Source: Oikopleura dioica (Eukaryota > Animalia > Chordata). From it: DNA of 64,000 bases. Below, piece by piece: positions 19,601 to 31,099 of this stretch. The DNA lies in NCBI GenBank assembly GCA_907165135.1, contig OU015567.1, positions 16,094,757 to 16,158,756 on the forward strand, given 5' to 3'. The first letter of the stretch is position 1, and each line of letters begins with the position of its first letter. The notes under the pieces are model-generated. The model was not told the origin of the DNA. It saw only the letters and a program-made list of their open reading frames with translations, and ran no database searches. A program made the position numbers and the translations under genes.

Positions 19601-21276
19601 GTTATGGGCAGAGCAATCGACGCAAAATTTTTAATAAATCGTCTGTGATAGTTAAGAGCCCCAAAAAGACTTTGTGCCTGTTCTCTCGATTTCGGTATAC
19701 AAAGATTTTTAATTGCTTGAATCCTATCCAAAGACGGGGAAATTTTACCGTTAAAAATATCATATCCACAAAAACTTACTTTTTCCATAAAAAAATCTGC
19801 TTTTTTGCAATTTATTCGTAAATTGTTGGCCGCCAAAACAAGAAAAAGCTTATTTAGATTTTCAACATGTTCCTCTTCTGTTTTAGAATGGACTAAAAGA
19901 TCATCCATATAAGCTATTACCTCAGTCTTTTTAATACCCGCTAAACATTTGTCCATTATTCTCATGAAAAAATTAGGGCTGTTTTTGCAACCCATGGGCA
20001 TTCGTAAAAATTGAAATTGGCCAAATTCACAACTAAACGCTGTCTTTTGTTTCGAGTCCTCGTCAATGGCCAATTGATGAAACCCCTTAAGCATATCTAA
20101 GCTACTAAAAATACGGCTTTTGCTAAGATAAGAAATACTATCCTCAAGATTGGGAAGAGGATGATGGGTTTGAAGAGTGACATCGTTTATACGCCTAAAA
20201 TCAACTACAAGTCTAAATTTTCCGTTTTTCTTTCTTACAAGCAGACAAGGGCTATTCCAGGGGCTAGAACAGGGCTCTATTATTTTATTCTTAATTTTAT
20301 TATCTAGAATCGACCGAAATTCCTCCCTTATTCCGAAGGGAGTTCTGTACGGATGCGAGGAAATAGGTGCCGATGACCCAGTATCAATTGAAAATTTTTC
20401 AAGTGAGCATTCTGGCAAGGGATCGTCATCATCAAGAAAAAGAAAAGAAAACGAATCATCTACAAGCGAATAAAATTTCTTTTTTACTTTTGGAGATCTT
20501 ATTTTTCCTACATTAATATTCTGCACTTTTGAAGCTTTAATTTTATTAATTCGAGCGACTTCAGCCACCTCGAAAAGTTTAACGAAAGTTGTTCCGGGGT
20601 GAATTTTTATTGACGATTCCGTTGGGTTTACTACTAACGCTCTAAATATTGGGGCTTCTGGGGTAATTGTTTGAAAACTCGGTATCAATTGTAATTTTGA
20701 CTCGCCAAGATTAGAATTTTCGAAAAACAAATTACGCGACTTATCAATCCCAGGGACATGAAGGTCTATAAGCATTTCCGATCGGGGCCTAAATGTTATC
20801 GTTTCGGTCGAAATCGCGTCGAAAAAATCTGTTTTTTCCTCAGCTCCCACTTGATTTATGGAACAAAACCGATCAATCGGGCCTGCTTTAATCAATTTTC
20901 TTCTGTAAAGATTAATCAAAATTTCGTTTTCTTCTAAAGCAGGGGCCCCTAAAATGGGGCTGAGCTCATCTGAGACAACATAAAATACGGATTTACCCCA
21001 TGAGACGCCGTCAATAAAAATATCTGCTTCTATTTTGCCGTAGATATGAATTTTACCACCTGAATAATTAAGAACTTCAATATTTGTTTTTATGATTTTT
21101 TTGTTTTTTGGTACATTTTTTTTACACAAAATATTTAATTGAGAACCAGTATCAATTAAAAAGTGAACATTTTTATCAAAAACTTTTGCATTTATGTGAA
21201 ATTGTTTTCCTATGGTATTTACAAAAAATTTCGGAACGGCAATTTGGCCAAAATTCGTCCCGCTTAGGAGTTTTTT
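16669..21276 (-). CDS. pol: pol polyprotein, family C (expressed by -1 frameshift; about 1535 codons)
   Basis: ORF 16669-21129 stays open upstream through FLIDTGSQLNIL to the slippery site at 21270-21276. YMDD, LETDAS, YHSYAH..CEFC, DDE, FIGPF. Confidence 0.95.
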   Translation of the reverse strand, partial: KKLLSGTNFGQIAVPKFFVNTIGKQFHINAKVFDKNVHFLIDTGSQLNILCKKNVPKNKKIIKTNIEVLNYSGGKIHIYGKIEADIFIDGVSWGKSVFYVVSDELSPILGAPALEENEILINLYRRKLIKAGPIDRFCSINQVGAEEKTDFFDAISTETITFRPRSEMLIDLHVPGIDKSRNLFFENSNLGESKLQLIPSFQTITPEAPIFRALVVNPTESSIKIHPGTTFVKLFEVAEVARINKIKASKVQNINVGKIRSPKVKKKFYSLVDDSFSFLFLDDDDPLPECSLEKFSIDTGSSAPISSHPYRTPFGIREEFRSILDNKIKNKIIEPCSSPWNSPCLLVRKKNGKFRLVVDFRRINDVTLQTHHPLPNLEDSISYLSKSRIFSSLDMLKGFHQLAIDEDSKQKTAFSCEFGQFQFLRMPMGCKNSPNFFMRIMDKCLAGIKKTEVIAYMDDLLVHSKTEEEHVENLNKLFLVLAANNLRINCKKADFFMEKVSFCGYDIFNGKISPSLDRIQAIKNLCIPKSREQAQSLFGALNYHRRFIKNFASIALPITKTYRSGFLWSAEASEALEILKEKICNNAIELKIPPTDEVKYVLETDASDKGYGGVLYICERGFCGENHMHDSDCLAPVCYNSGNFSDAQARYTIIEKELLSAKLCMEKWAIYLSFREFDLITDNGNIKFIRTLRTNNQKIARWVTDIQGFSFRIIQRPSSKMKISDFLSRNNSCKVENFSINQIKFSPSKFCELQKLDQILGDVRKFVGIDRWPNAPKGDIFFYKMLREDLKILETGELILVDKEGNKRFCVPKNLENDIIEEYHSYAHAGTDQTFLKIATKYIWPRMNKAIRDFIKSCEFCQKDKPNFHPNRAPILTFKTPESPYQVLGFDLITLPPTDSGNKHVMVIIDFFSKFAYCEPLQNRNSLGLLDKFKSVIFRNPYFPRMVVLDNAREHSEIAKFMTENNIEPHFTPPRHPQSNGQVENFNRSLKSRLRAKCNYQNWDNYLFEIVHDLNTAVHSVTKLAPFTVQTGAKNPHNLVDSNWRDYDLQIKIDFEKIRSDLDGEKAKRLDKFSNPKFIEYKLGESVLIKNFESKKPSFIGPFTILSKSNAGTWYTVKSGDKSYRRHADHIRKFNMRPIDNDEKILIDTQDEICDILPEIRSPIFYEERNFCQIEPIMNAYSEVRETEIEKKLEILEEKLTNRVVDSIFETFFVQLLHENVSETSSDSEEEESLSFQSVIAAENSCEDTERQVLFNEKSDDESVSGSEFEYVTNPSFEVTLDDSDSEPETILGSNLNQPQNLTSYDKLDISQNRKREREASKDSLPQNKMPNLDSAEIDNLLDPNLITPRIHANYNPENLDRVKRRLDFGGNMLDFKFEDDNRHFFEKLDDQYKIIEADMMIEKCCVLKLGELSKDTLKFICFKFDIEIAEHTDSASDIRIKIRESFSKNHPNWRKSKSGELLFFSILDLKEEKTLFELSKPELKVLCAQFGITDFKAKNKTVLTELINEYFLRTYPNHPRKQNILIFGPSAQIQ
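21232..21276 (-). promoter_or_regulatory. -1 programmed ribosomal frameshift signal (A_AAA_AAC, ~7-nt spacer, stem-loop); also at 12136-12183, 34442-34486 and 46265-46312
   Basis: The heptamer is in gag frame in all four families, pol is in the -1 frame, and the downstream stem covaries. Confidence 0.8.
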
Positions 21277-22439
21277 GTACTGTCAGTTGTCGGAGCTTGT
21301 TGGTTATTTGTATCTTTATTGTTACGAACACGGCAATTTCTTCCAATATGGCCAAAACGGCGGCATTCATAACACTGAATTTTCGGACAATTTGGTTTGA
21401 TGTGACCGTGCATTCCGCAATTGCGGCAAATTCTAGGAGGAAAAAATTGACTGGGGAATGGTTGACCCGAAAATCCTTGATTTTGTTGCCCGGGCGCTTG
21501 AAATGCTGAATTGAAAAACCCATGACCAAACGAACTAGGAGGGGCGCTTTGCAAGCCCTGGCGACGAATAATCTCGGTTTCATTTTTTTCAAAAGAAGCA
21601 CTCTCTTTTTTCTCAGCTTCAAGCCTTGCAATTGTTGCAGTCAACTTTTCGATAGACTGAGCGAGCTCGGAATTCTTGCGCTCGTAATTTGCTTCCATCT
21701 GCTCAAACCGGGAATCAAGAAGCTCACTTGTTTTGTCAGTAAAGAAAGCCGCAAAATCCCGATGAGAACTTATGGCAGAAACATGGGCACTCAAATAGCG
21801 CTCCCGCTCATCCAAAAAAGCTACTTTCTCTGCCATTGATTTTTTACCATGACCATGGTCACGTAGAAAACTTTGATTGCAGGGCTCGATATTTTTGGCC
21901 ATGTGCTGATCGACAATAAAACTTTGGGCGTCGGGCTTGTCGTTTATGATCTCTGCGATAGATCGAACCCTTTTCATAAAGGAAGAATACTTCTCATTGT
22001 TTTCAGATCTCCTTGTCAAATTTTCAAGTTCGCCCAAGGCCCGTTCGCGCCTCTCCTCGTCCGTTTCTAACCCGAAAAGCGATTCCAAAAAAGAAAACGC
22101 TTCTTCTTCCTTATCAAAACCGGACATTTCTCTCCCATAGTTATTCAAAAATTCAGTAGAGCAATTATTTCGAATACAATCAACTGCCTGTCGCTCAAAT
22201 TGCGCAACAAGCTCAGTTTCCTCAGATTCCCGTTTATGATCTTTTATACTTTTACGAAAAATTTTTTTCATATTCGAAATTTTATCGCACAGACTTTTTT
22301 TGGACACGGTAAATTCGTAAGCCTGCATGTTTGGCCGAAACAGCTGGCGTTGATTCAAAAATGGAAAGGGTTGAAAAAGGATTTCCTCTGGCATTCGAGT
22401 TACCTTTGTGTGATGATCCGGTTCCGGAGTGGGCACCAT
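21264..22439 (-). CDS. gag: gag, family C (391 aa, two CCHC knuckles)
   Basis: Intact ORF. CRNCGMHGHIKPNC..CYECRRFGHIGRNC. Confidence 0.95.
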   Translation of the reverse strand: MVPTPEPDHHTKVTRMPEEILFQPFPFLNQRQLFRPNMQAYEFTVSKKSLCDKISNMKKIFRKSIKDHKRESEETELVAQFERQAVDCIRNNCSTEFLNNYGREMSGFDKEEEAFSFLESLFGLETDEERRERALGELENLTRRSENNEKYSSFMKRVRSIAEIINDKPDAQSFIVDQHMAKNIEPCNQSFLRDHGHGKKSMAEKVAFLDERERYLSAHVSAISSHRDFAAFFTDKTSELLDSRFEQMEANYERKNSELAQSIEKLTATIARLEAEKKESASFEKNETEIIRRQGLQSAPPSSFGHGFFNSAFQAPGQQNQGFSGQPFPSQFFPPRICRNCGMHGHIKPNCPKIQCYECRRFGHIGRNCRVRNNKDTNNQQAPTTDSTKNS

Positions 22440-23445
22440 GATACCGTTGGATTGAAACTCTTTTAAATAAATAACTCTAGCTCTGACTCTGCAAAATCTG
22501 CAAGAAATTTAACACAAAATTCGGCGGTGTTACGGTTATATTGAGTATGAAGAGAATGAGGCAGAAATGAAAATTTTTCAAATTTCGCAGCGCGCGCAGC
22601 TGCAGCGAATTTCCAAGCGTGTTTTTCTTTCCAAATAAGGAGACGCGCGAATTGTTTTTCTCGTTGTTTTCAAATTTTCGTTTCACCATTTTTACGTAAC
22701 CGCCACCGCCAAGAGAGTTCATTTTAGAAAATCAAATTTCTCACTATGTGACCCAGATCATTTCTAAAATAAACCCTCTTTATTTTCGTTTTCGTCTATC
22801 AAAAAGCAAGTCCAGTAAGCAAGTCCATAGTCGTTTCCGTTGCGTTTGTCGTCGTCGTTGTAGTAGTAGTCGTAATCGTAAAAGCCGTCGCCGCTGCCAA
22901 AGTCGTCAGCACAGTGCATTCCGTCGTTATTGTAGAAGATGGCCAGTCGTTCTAAATCGAGCCAGAAAGGAGTTTTGACAACTTTGCCTACCTAGGAGCA
23001 GTTACTGATACCGCCATCCCGCGGTGCACGGGGTCACAGTATCAAGCCTCAAAGAGGAACTCGGCTAGGGGTTGAATCCATCAAGCAGCAGCAAATCGTA
23101 AAAACCTGTTGAGCTATTGAAATCAAGGAGGAAAATATCAGAAATAGTAAATAAGGAGATGAGTTGTGATTTTCATGCAACCTAAAAGTGTGAGAGAAAA
23201 ACGCCCAAGGGGCGGTGGCTAATGTGCCTTCAGGGAATGAAATTACGCGTACGTAACAGAGAACTACAGTCATGTCTGACTCAGATTGACCTTCTACAAT
23301 TTTTTCTTTTGAATTTGCGATAAGGCTCAATATCGCTTTTAAATGTATGTGATTTTCATGCACATAATCAACCAAATTGGCGCAAATGGACCGTGAGTTT
23401 TTCGATTCAATTTTTATTTTTTGTGTTCTTTCCTTATCGTTATCA
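22439..23445 (-). repeat. 5' LTR, family C
   Basis: Direct repeat of 15607-16613, followed by TGGTGCCCAC. Confidence 0.96.
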
Positions 23446-25825
23446 TTTCAGATAATAAAAATCAAAAAAAAAATCAAGAAAAATTCTGATGCGTTTTTTG
23501 GCATTTGCAGATGATTTTCAGGTCATTAAAATCATAAAAAAAATCAAGAAAAATTCTGATGCGTTTTTTGGCGTTTTCAGATGATTTTCAGGTCATTAAA
23601 ATCATAAAAAATCAAGAAAAATTCTGATGCGTTTTTGGCGTTTTCAGATGATATAAAGGTCATGAAAATCAAAAAATCAAGGAAAATTCTGATGCGTTTT
23701 TGGCGTTTTCAGATGATTTTCAGGTCATAAAAATCAAAAAATCAAGAAAAATTCTGATGCGTTTTTGGCGTTTTCAGATGATTTTTAGGTCATTAAAATC
23801 AAAAAATCAAGGAAAATTCTGATGCGTTTTTTGGCGTTTTCAGATGATTTTCAGGTCATAAAAATCAAAAAATCAAGAAAAATTCTGATGCGTTTTTCGG
23901 CATTTTCAGATGATTTTTAGTTCATGAAAATCAAAAAATCAAGAAAAATTCTGATGCGTTTTTTGCATTTCAGATGATTTTCAGGTCATAAAAAATCAAA
24001 AAAATTTTATGCGTTTTTGGCGTTTTCAGATGATTATTAGGTCATAAAAATCAAAATAAAATCAAGGAAAATTCTGATGGGTTTTTGGCATTTTTAGATG
24101 ATTTTCAGGTCATAAAAATCAAAATAAAATCGAGGAAAATTCTGATGCGTTTTTGGCGTTTTCAGATGATTTTCAGGTCATTAAAGTCAAGAAAAAGTCA
24201 AGAAAAATTCTGAAGCGTTTTTGGCGTTTTCAGATGATTTTTAATTCATAAAAATCATAAAAAATCAAGGAAAATTCTGATGCGTTTTTAAGCGTTTTCA
24301 GATGATTTTCAGGTCATTGAAATCAAAAAATCAAGAAAAATTCTGATGCGTTTTTGGCGTTTTCAGATGATTTTAGGCCATTAAAATCAAAAAATAAAAT
24401 CAAGAAAAATTCTGATGCGTTTTTGGCGTTTTCAAATGATTTTCAGGACATAAAAATCAAAAAAATCAAGAAAAATTCTGATGCGTTTTTTGGCGTTTTC
24501 AGATGATTTTTAGGTCTTAAAAATCAAAAAAAAAAATCAAGAAAAATTCTGATGCGTTTTTTGGCGTTTTCAGATGATTTTCAGGCCATAAAAATCAAAA
24601 CAAAATCAAGAAAAATTCTGATGCGTTTTTTGGCGTTTACAGATGATATAAAGGTCATGAAAATCAAAAAAAAATCAAGGAAAATTCTGATGCGTTTTTG
24701 GCGTTTTCAGATGATTTTCAGGTCATAAAAATCAAAAAATCAAGAAAAATTCTGATGCGTTTTTGGCGTTTTCAGATGATTTTTAGGTCATTAAAATCAA
24801 AAAAAAATCAAGGAAAATTCTGATGCGTTTTTTTGGCGTTTTCAGATGATTTTCAGGTCATAAAAATCAAAAAATCAAGAAAAATTCTGATGCGTTTTTC
24901 GGCATTTTCAGATGATTTTTAGTTCATGAAAATCAAAAAAATCAAGAAAAATTCTGATGCGTTTTTGCATTTCAGATGATTTTCAGGTCATAAAAAATCA
25001 AAAAAATTTTATGCGTTTTTGGCGTTTTCAGATGATTATTAGGTCATAAAAATCAAAATAAAATCAAGGAAAATTCTGATGGGTTTTTGGCATTTTTAGA
25101 TGATTTTCAGGTCATAAAAATCAAAATAAAATCGAGGAAAATTCTGATGCGTTTTTGGCGTTTTCAGATGATTTTCAGGTCATTAAAGTCAAGAAAAAGT
25201 CAAGAAAAATTCTGAAGCGTTTTTTGGCGTTTTCAGATGATTTTTAATTCATAAAAATCATAAAAAAATCAAGGAAAATTCTGATGCGTTTTTAAGCGTT
25301 TTCAGATGATTTTCAGGTCATTGAAATCAAAAAAAAAATCAAGAAAAATTCTGATGCGTTTTTTGGCGTTTTCAGATGATTTTTAGGCCATTAAAATCAA
25401 AAAATAAAATCAAGAAAAATTCTGATGCGTTTTTTGGCGTTTTCAAATGATTTTCAGGACATAAAAATCAAAAAAATCAAGAAAAATTCTGATGCGTTTT
25501 TTGGCGTTTTCAGATGATTTTTAGGTCTTAAAAATCAAAAAAAAAAATCAAGAAAAATTCTGATGCGTTTTTTGGCGTTTTCAGATGATTTTCAGGCCAT
25601 AAAAATCAAAACAAAATCAAGAAAAATTCTGATGCGTTTTTTGGCGTTTACAGATGATTTTCAGTTCATTAAAACCAAAAAAAAAACAAAAAAAATTCTG
25701 ATGCGTTTTTTGGCGTTTTCAGATGATTTTCAGGCCATAAAAATCAAAAAAAATCAAGGAAAATTCTGATGCGTTTTTTGGAGTTTTCAGATGATTTTCA
25801 GAACATAAAAATCAAAAAAAAAATC
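23446..25825 (+). repeat. ~69-bp satellite array with ~1-kb (15-mer) higher-order repeat
   Basis: Diagnostic variants recur at ~1 kb spacing: GATATAAAGG at 23650 and 24645, AAAGTCAAG at 24183 and 25185. Confidence 0.95.
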
Positions 25826-28800
25826 ACATATCTTTCATGATATTTTTTCAAATGATCCGCATGTCTTCTATATTCTTTGTCTCCAGATTTAACTACATAC
25901 CACGTGCCCTCGGTCGATTTTGAAATAACTTTAAATGGGCCCAAAAAAGCTGGTTTTTTTGCATGAAAATTTTTAATTAAAACCGAATCACCAATTTTGT
26001 AGGGAAGAAATTTGGGATTGGAAAACTTTTTCAATCTAGCTGTTTTTTCCTCGTCTAAAAGGTTTTTAATATTTCGAAAATTAATATTAGCTTTTTCATA
26101 AGCTCTAAAATTTGGATCAATTATATCATGTGGATTTTTAAAACCTGTTTCTGACTTCTGAAAATGACGCTTTTAAATTTATCAAGTAAAATTTTTGAAT
26201 CTCTTGATTTTAGTGGCTCACAATAAGTAAATTTGGAGAAAAAATCAATCATAACCATCACATATTTATGTCCTAAATCAGTTGGCGGCAGCGTAATAAG
26301 GTCAAATCCAAAAACTTCAAACGGGCCATCTGGAGTCCTAAATGTCAAAATCGGGGCTTTATTAGGATGAAAATTCGGTTTTTCTTTTTGGCAAAACGAG
26401 CATGTTCTAATAAACTCTTTGATTCCAATTCTCATTTTTGGCCAAATATACTTAGATGAAATTTTTGCGAACACTTGATCAATGCCCGCGTGACAGTACT
26501 CATGGTAATTTTTAATGATTTCTACCTCTGCGTTTTTCGGAACCAAAATTCGACGATTTCCTGATTCGTCTCGGTAAATTATTTCACCGCTTCTTTCTAC
26601 AGATAAATTATCTCTTAAAAGCGAATAGAAATTAATATCACCTTTTGGATTAATTGGCCATCGATCGATACTCAAATATTTTCTTATTTCTACTAAAATT
26701 GGGTCAACTTTTTGTAAGTCGCAAAATTCTTGTTGTGAAAATTTTATCGAGTTAATCAAATTTGGACGTTCATTATTCATTTCTCTACTCAAACAATCGC
26801 TGATTTTCATTTTTGAAGAAGGCTTTAAGATTATTCTAAAAGAAAACCCTTGAATTTCAGTGACCCACCGGGCGATTTTTTGATTATTTGTTCGAAGAGA
26901 CCTTACATACTTCATATTCGAATTATCTGTTATCCAATCAAAATCTGTAAAAGAAAGATAAACCGCCCATTTTGTCATGCACGTTTTAGCGGAAAAAAGT
27001 TCTTTTTCGAGAATTGTGTATTTAACTTGCGCTTCATTAAAATTACCACTTGTATATTCCACGGGAATCAAACACTCCGATGAATGATGATGAGTCTCGC
27101 TACGACAATTATCTCCACAAATATAGAGTACACCTCCATAACCACTAGATGAGGCATCTGTTTCTAATACAAAAAAACCTTTATCCGCCGGCGGAATTCT
27201 TAATTTCATGGCGTTTTCACAAATAATTTTCTTAAGATTTAGAAGAGCCTCCGTTGCCTCATTTGTCCACTGAAAATTTCCCCTGTATGACTTTGTTATT
27301 GGTAGAGCTATTGATGCAAAGTTTTTAATGAACCTTCTATGAAAATTCAAAAGTCCAAAAAGACTCTGTGCACTTTCTCTTGAATGTGGAATTTGTAACC
27401 GTTCTATTGCTTTAATCTTATCATTTGATGGGGTAATATCGCCATTGGAAATGTGATAGCCACAAAAATTTATTGACCTCTGAAAAAACGAAGCTTTTCG
27501 CGAATGAATTCTTAAATTATTAACGCTAAGCACGTGAAAAAATTTCCGTAAATTAATAATATGTTCCTCTTCGGTCCTCGAATGAACTAGAAGATCATCC
27601 ATATACGCCAAAATATCACGTTTATCGATCCCTTTTAAGGCCTGATCCATAATTCTCATAAAAAAAAACTCGGTGCATTTCTACAGCCCATAGGCATTCT
27701 CAAAAATCTAAACTGACCATGCTCGTTTGAGAATGCAGTTTTATCCTTGGATTCTTCTGTTAACTCTATCTGGTGGTACCCTTTTAAAAGGTCAACCGAA
27801 CTAAAAATTTTACTATCTGCCAAATATGACAATGAATCTTCAAGGACCGGTAATGGGTGATGCATTTGAATTGTTACGTCATTTATCTTTCTAAAATCTA
27901 TGACGAGACGAAATCGCCCGTCTTTTTTTCGAACTAGTAAACATGGGCTATTCCAAGGACTTGTACAAGGCTCAATTATTTTCTTCCTACAGAATTTATC
28001 CATAAGGGCTTTCATTTCATCCCGGAGACTAAACGCTGTTCGAAAGGGGTGAGACGATATGGGATACTCTGTATTCGTTTCAATAGAAAATTTTTCAATG
28101 GAACAAGCTGGAAGCTCATCATCATCATCTAAAAACAAATGCGAAAATTCATCAGACGTCATGTCGTCAAATTGATTCTTTATTTTTGAAGAGCTAATAA
28201 CACCGACTTTTATATTTTTAAGATTTGGATTTGGAATTTTCTTTATTCTGGCTATTTCTACTATTTCATGAAGTTTTACGAAAGTTGTTCCTGATGGAAT
28301 TCTAATTGTCGAATCTGTGGGATTTACTACAAGAAGTCGAAAAATCGGAGCATTAGGATCGATAACTTGAAAACTCGGAATAAGTTGCAATTTTGAATTT
28401 CCCAAATTCGATTTTTCAAACGACAAGCTTTTGGCGTGTCTGAGGCCAGTTACAGTAAGATCTATTATATTTTCTGATCTTGGTTTAAATGAAAAAGTCT
28501 GAGAAGAAAATGCATCATACTCTTGCTCGATTTCTTTCTCCTTATCATTTCCCGACACATTTTCTTCTGAGGCTATTAAATTTAAATTTGCAAAACGCTC
28601 AATTGGACCGGATTTAATCAATTTTCTTCGCTTCAGATTGATCAAAATTTCAGTATCTAAAATCGCTGGCACGCCCAAAATGGGGCTCAAATGATCAGAA
28701 ACAACATAAAAACAGATTTACCCCATGAAGTTTTATCAATAAAAATTTCAGCTTCGACCTTTCCGAAAATTTCTATCTTTCCGCCGGTGTAATTAACTGC

Positions 28801-29001
28801 TCCTGTTTTTGTTTTTTCAATTTTTATGTTTTTTGGAACATTTTTCTTACAAATAATATTGAGTTGTGAACCAGTGTCTACTAAAAATCTAATTGGTGAA
28901 TTAAAAATATTAACATTGATATAAAACTGTTCTCCTATAGTATTAACAGAAATTTGAGGAACTTGAATTTGACCAGAATCAGTTCCTAAAATTAGTTTTT
29001 T
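25826..29001 (-). pseudogene. pol: pol, family D (IN core deletion, C-terminal extension lost, homopolymer indel near 27661)
   Basis: ORFs 27656-28690, 26121-27659 and 25798-26034 match pol at 34442-39040. Confidence 0.88.
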
Positions 29002-30063
29002 TGTTGATCATTCATGGCTCCCTCTCGGCGCTTCGGGCAAAATCTGCCAATATGTCCAAAACCCTGGCATTCGTAGCATTTAATTCTTGGGCAACGAGTT
29101 TTTACATGACCCCATTGGTTGCAATTTCGGCAAAAGGGGTTAGTCTGGGGAGGCTGGGGAAATCCAAAAGGATACGGCGGGATGAAATTAGCCTGAGCTG
29201 GCGGGTTTACAGGTCTTTCTGACCCTTCATTTTTACTTCTTTTTTCTAGCTCAATCTTTGCGACAGTTGCAGTTAACTGTTTAATCATGTCAGACAGCTC
29301 ATTATTCTTGCGCTCATAATTCGCCTCCATCTGAGCGAGCCTTGAATCCAATATTTCGCTAGTTTTATCAACGAAAGATGCAAGATTTGCCGTTTCAATC
29401 GCCGAAACATTGGTATTCAAGAACCGCTCTCTCGAGTCCAAAAACGCCGCAATTTCTTGAGCTGTCTTCTTACTGAATCCATGATCTCTCAGAAATGATT
29501 TATTAGCTGGCTCTAAGTTTTTCATAAAATGCGTATCGACAATAAACGATCTCGCGTCCGGTTTGTCCGAAATAATGTCAGCAACCGAACGAATTCTCGT
29601 CAAAAAGGCTGAAAATTTCTCATTCATTTCCGATCTACGAGTCATGTTTTCGAGCTCCGCTCCCGCCCGCTCTCGCTTTTCCTCCTCGCTTTCTGTTCCG
29701 AAAATCGATTCCAAAAAAATCAAAAGCACCTTTCTTTGTCTCGAAACTTGACATTTCTCGACCATAATTATTCAAAAATTCCAGAGAACAATTATTACGG
29801 ATGCAATCAACCGCTTGTCGTTCGAAAGCTTTCTCCAAATCAGTCCTATCAGATTCCCGATTATGGTCTCTTATACTTTTATCAAAAATCTTTTCCATCG
29901 CCGTAATTTTGTCATTTAAATTATTCTTTGAGAGAAGAAACTCAAAGGAAAGCATGTTGGGCCGAAAATATTGACGCGAATTGAGAGAGGGAAAAGGGGC
30001 AAACAGAAAATCTTCTGGCATTTTCGTTACCTTGAAACTGGATTCGCCGCTAGTGGTCCCCAT
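28992..30063 (-). CDS. gag: gag, family D (about 356 aa; one homopolymer +1 indel near 29715)
   Basis: ORFs 29635-30063 and 28992-29765. Two CCHC knuckles. A7 here versus A6 in the copy near 56370. Confidence 0.88.
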
Positions 30064-31099
30064 GATGCAAATTAATTCCTATCGCTTGCTCTCTAAGCTA
30101 CTCTTTCTGCAAAAGAATGAGGCCAAAATACGAAAACGGCTTTTATTATTTTGGGTATGATGAGAGTGAATCCAAATTTTCAAATTTTTCAAAACGCATT
30201 ACGCGCAGGTGCAATTCTTTCCAAATAAGGCGCTCGCGCATTTCGCGCGTTGTTTTTCTTTCCAAATAAGGTGAAGCGATTTTCGCGCTTTTCGTCATCC
30301 ATTTTTATCAAGCAGCCGTTTTCGTAATTATTAAATGAAAAATAATCCGTATCAAAGAGATCAACTTCCCACTATGTGGCCATATCACTCTTTGATAAAA
30401 TTATTCTCATATTTTTCCAAAGCCGTTGTCCAAAGTCGTTGTCAGTCCTTGCGTTGTTGTCGTCGTCGTAGAAGTTGTTGTCGAAATCGTTGAAGCTTCA
30501 GTTTTGTCGGTATTTGAGGAAAGTGGTCAGTTGTCCTAAATCGAGCCAAAAAAGGGTTCAAAACAATTTCGCCTACCAGGAGCACTTACAGACACCGCCA
30601 TCCCGCGGAGCACGGGGTCACAGTGTCAAGCCGTCGAAACGGAACTCAGCTGAAGGATGAAATGCATACAGCAGCTTCCATTGAAATCATAGAAGAGAAT
30701 CGTAGTAGAAATAATGAAGAACTCGTTATTTGTGATTGAACGAGAAATCTGAGCAGCAATTTTGAAATCATCGAAGAAACAGCTTGAATCGTCAATAATT
30801 TGTACCAGTAAAAATAACTGTATAAACTAGAATGTGAGCATTAGAATTTTTAACAAAACCGCCTAAACGGGTGGCTAACGTGCCTTCAGTTTGTGAAATA
30901 ACGCGTACGTTATGAATGAAAAAATAGAGAATAATGAGCTCATGCAAGCATCCAAAGATTTGGCTCCATAAATCTTCGTTTCGAGTTAACCGTGATTTTC
31001 ATGCAATAATCAACCTAATTGGCAAAAACCGGGCCGTGACTGGAATATTCAATATTATTTTTTTTTTGATCTTTTGTGTTCTTTTCCTTATTCGTATCA
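30063..31099 (-). repeat. 5' LTR, family D (1037 bp)
   Basis: TGATACG...TGCATCA on the element strand. Upstream flank GGCAT. Confidence 0.95.

Larger units (their letters stand above)
15607..23445 (-). mobile_element. Full-length, apparently intact Ty3/gypsy LTR retrotransposon, family C (7839 bp), TSD TTTCA
   Basis: LTRs 15607-16613 and 22439-23445 (1007 bp each, one substitution seen). TTTCA at 15602-15606 and 23446-23450. Gag and pol are uninterrupted. Confidence 0.98.
25826..31099 (-). mobile_element. Family D copy with 5' LTR, gag and pol; 3'-truncated, with an internal integrase deletion
   Basis: 5' LTR 30063-31099. Pol ends at 25826, joined to satellite. About 267 bp of the IN core is replaced by CT at 26151-26152 relative to 52542-52808. 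Confidence 0.93.
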
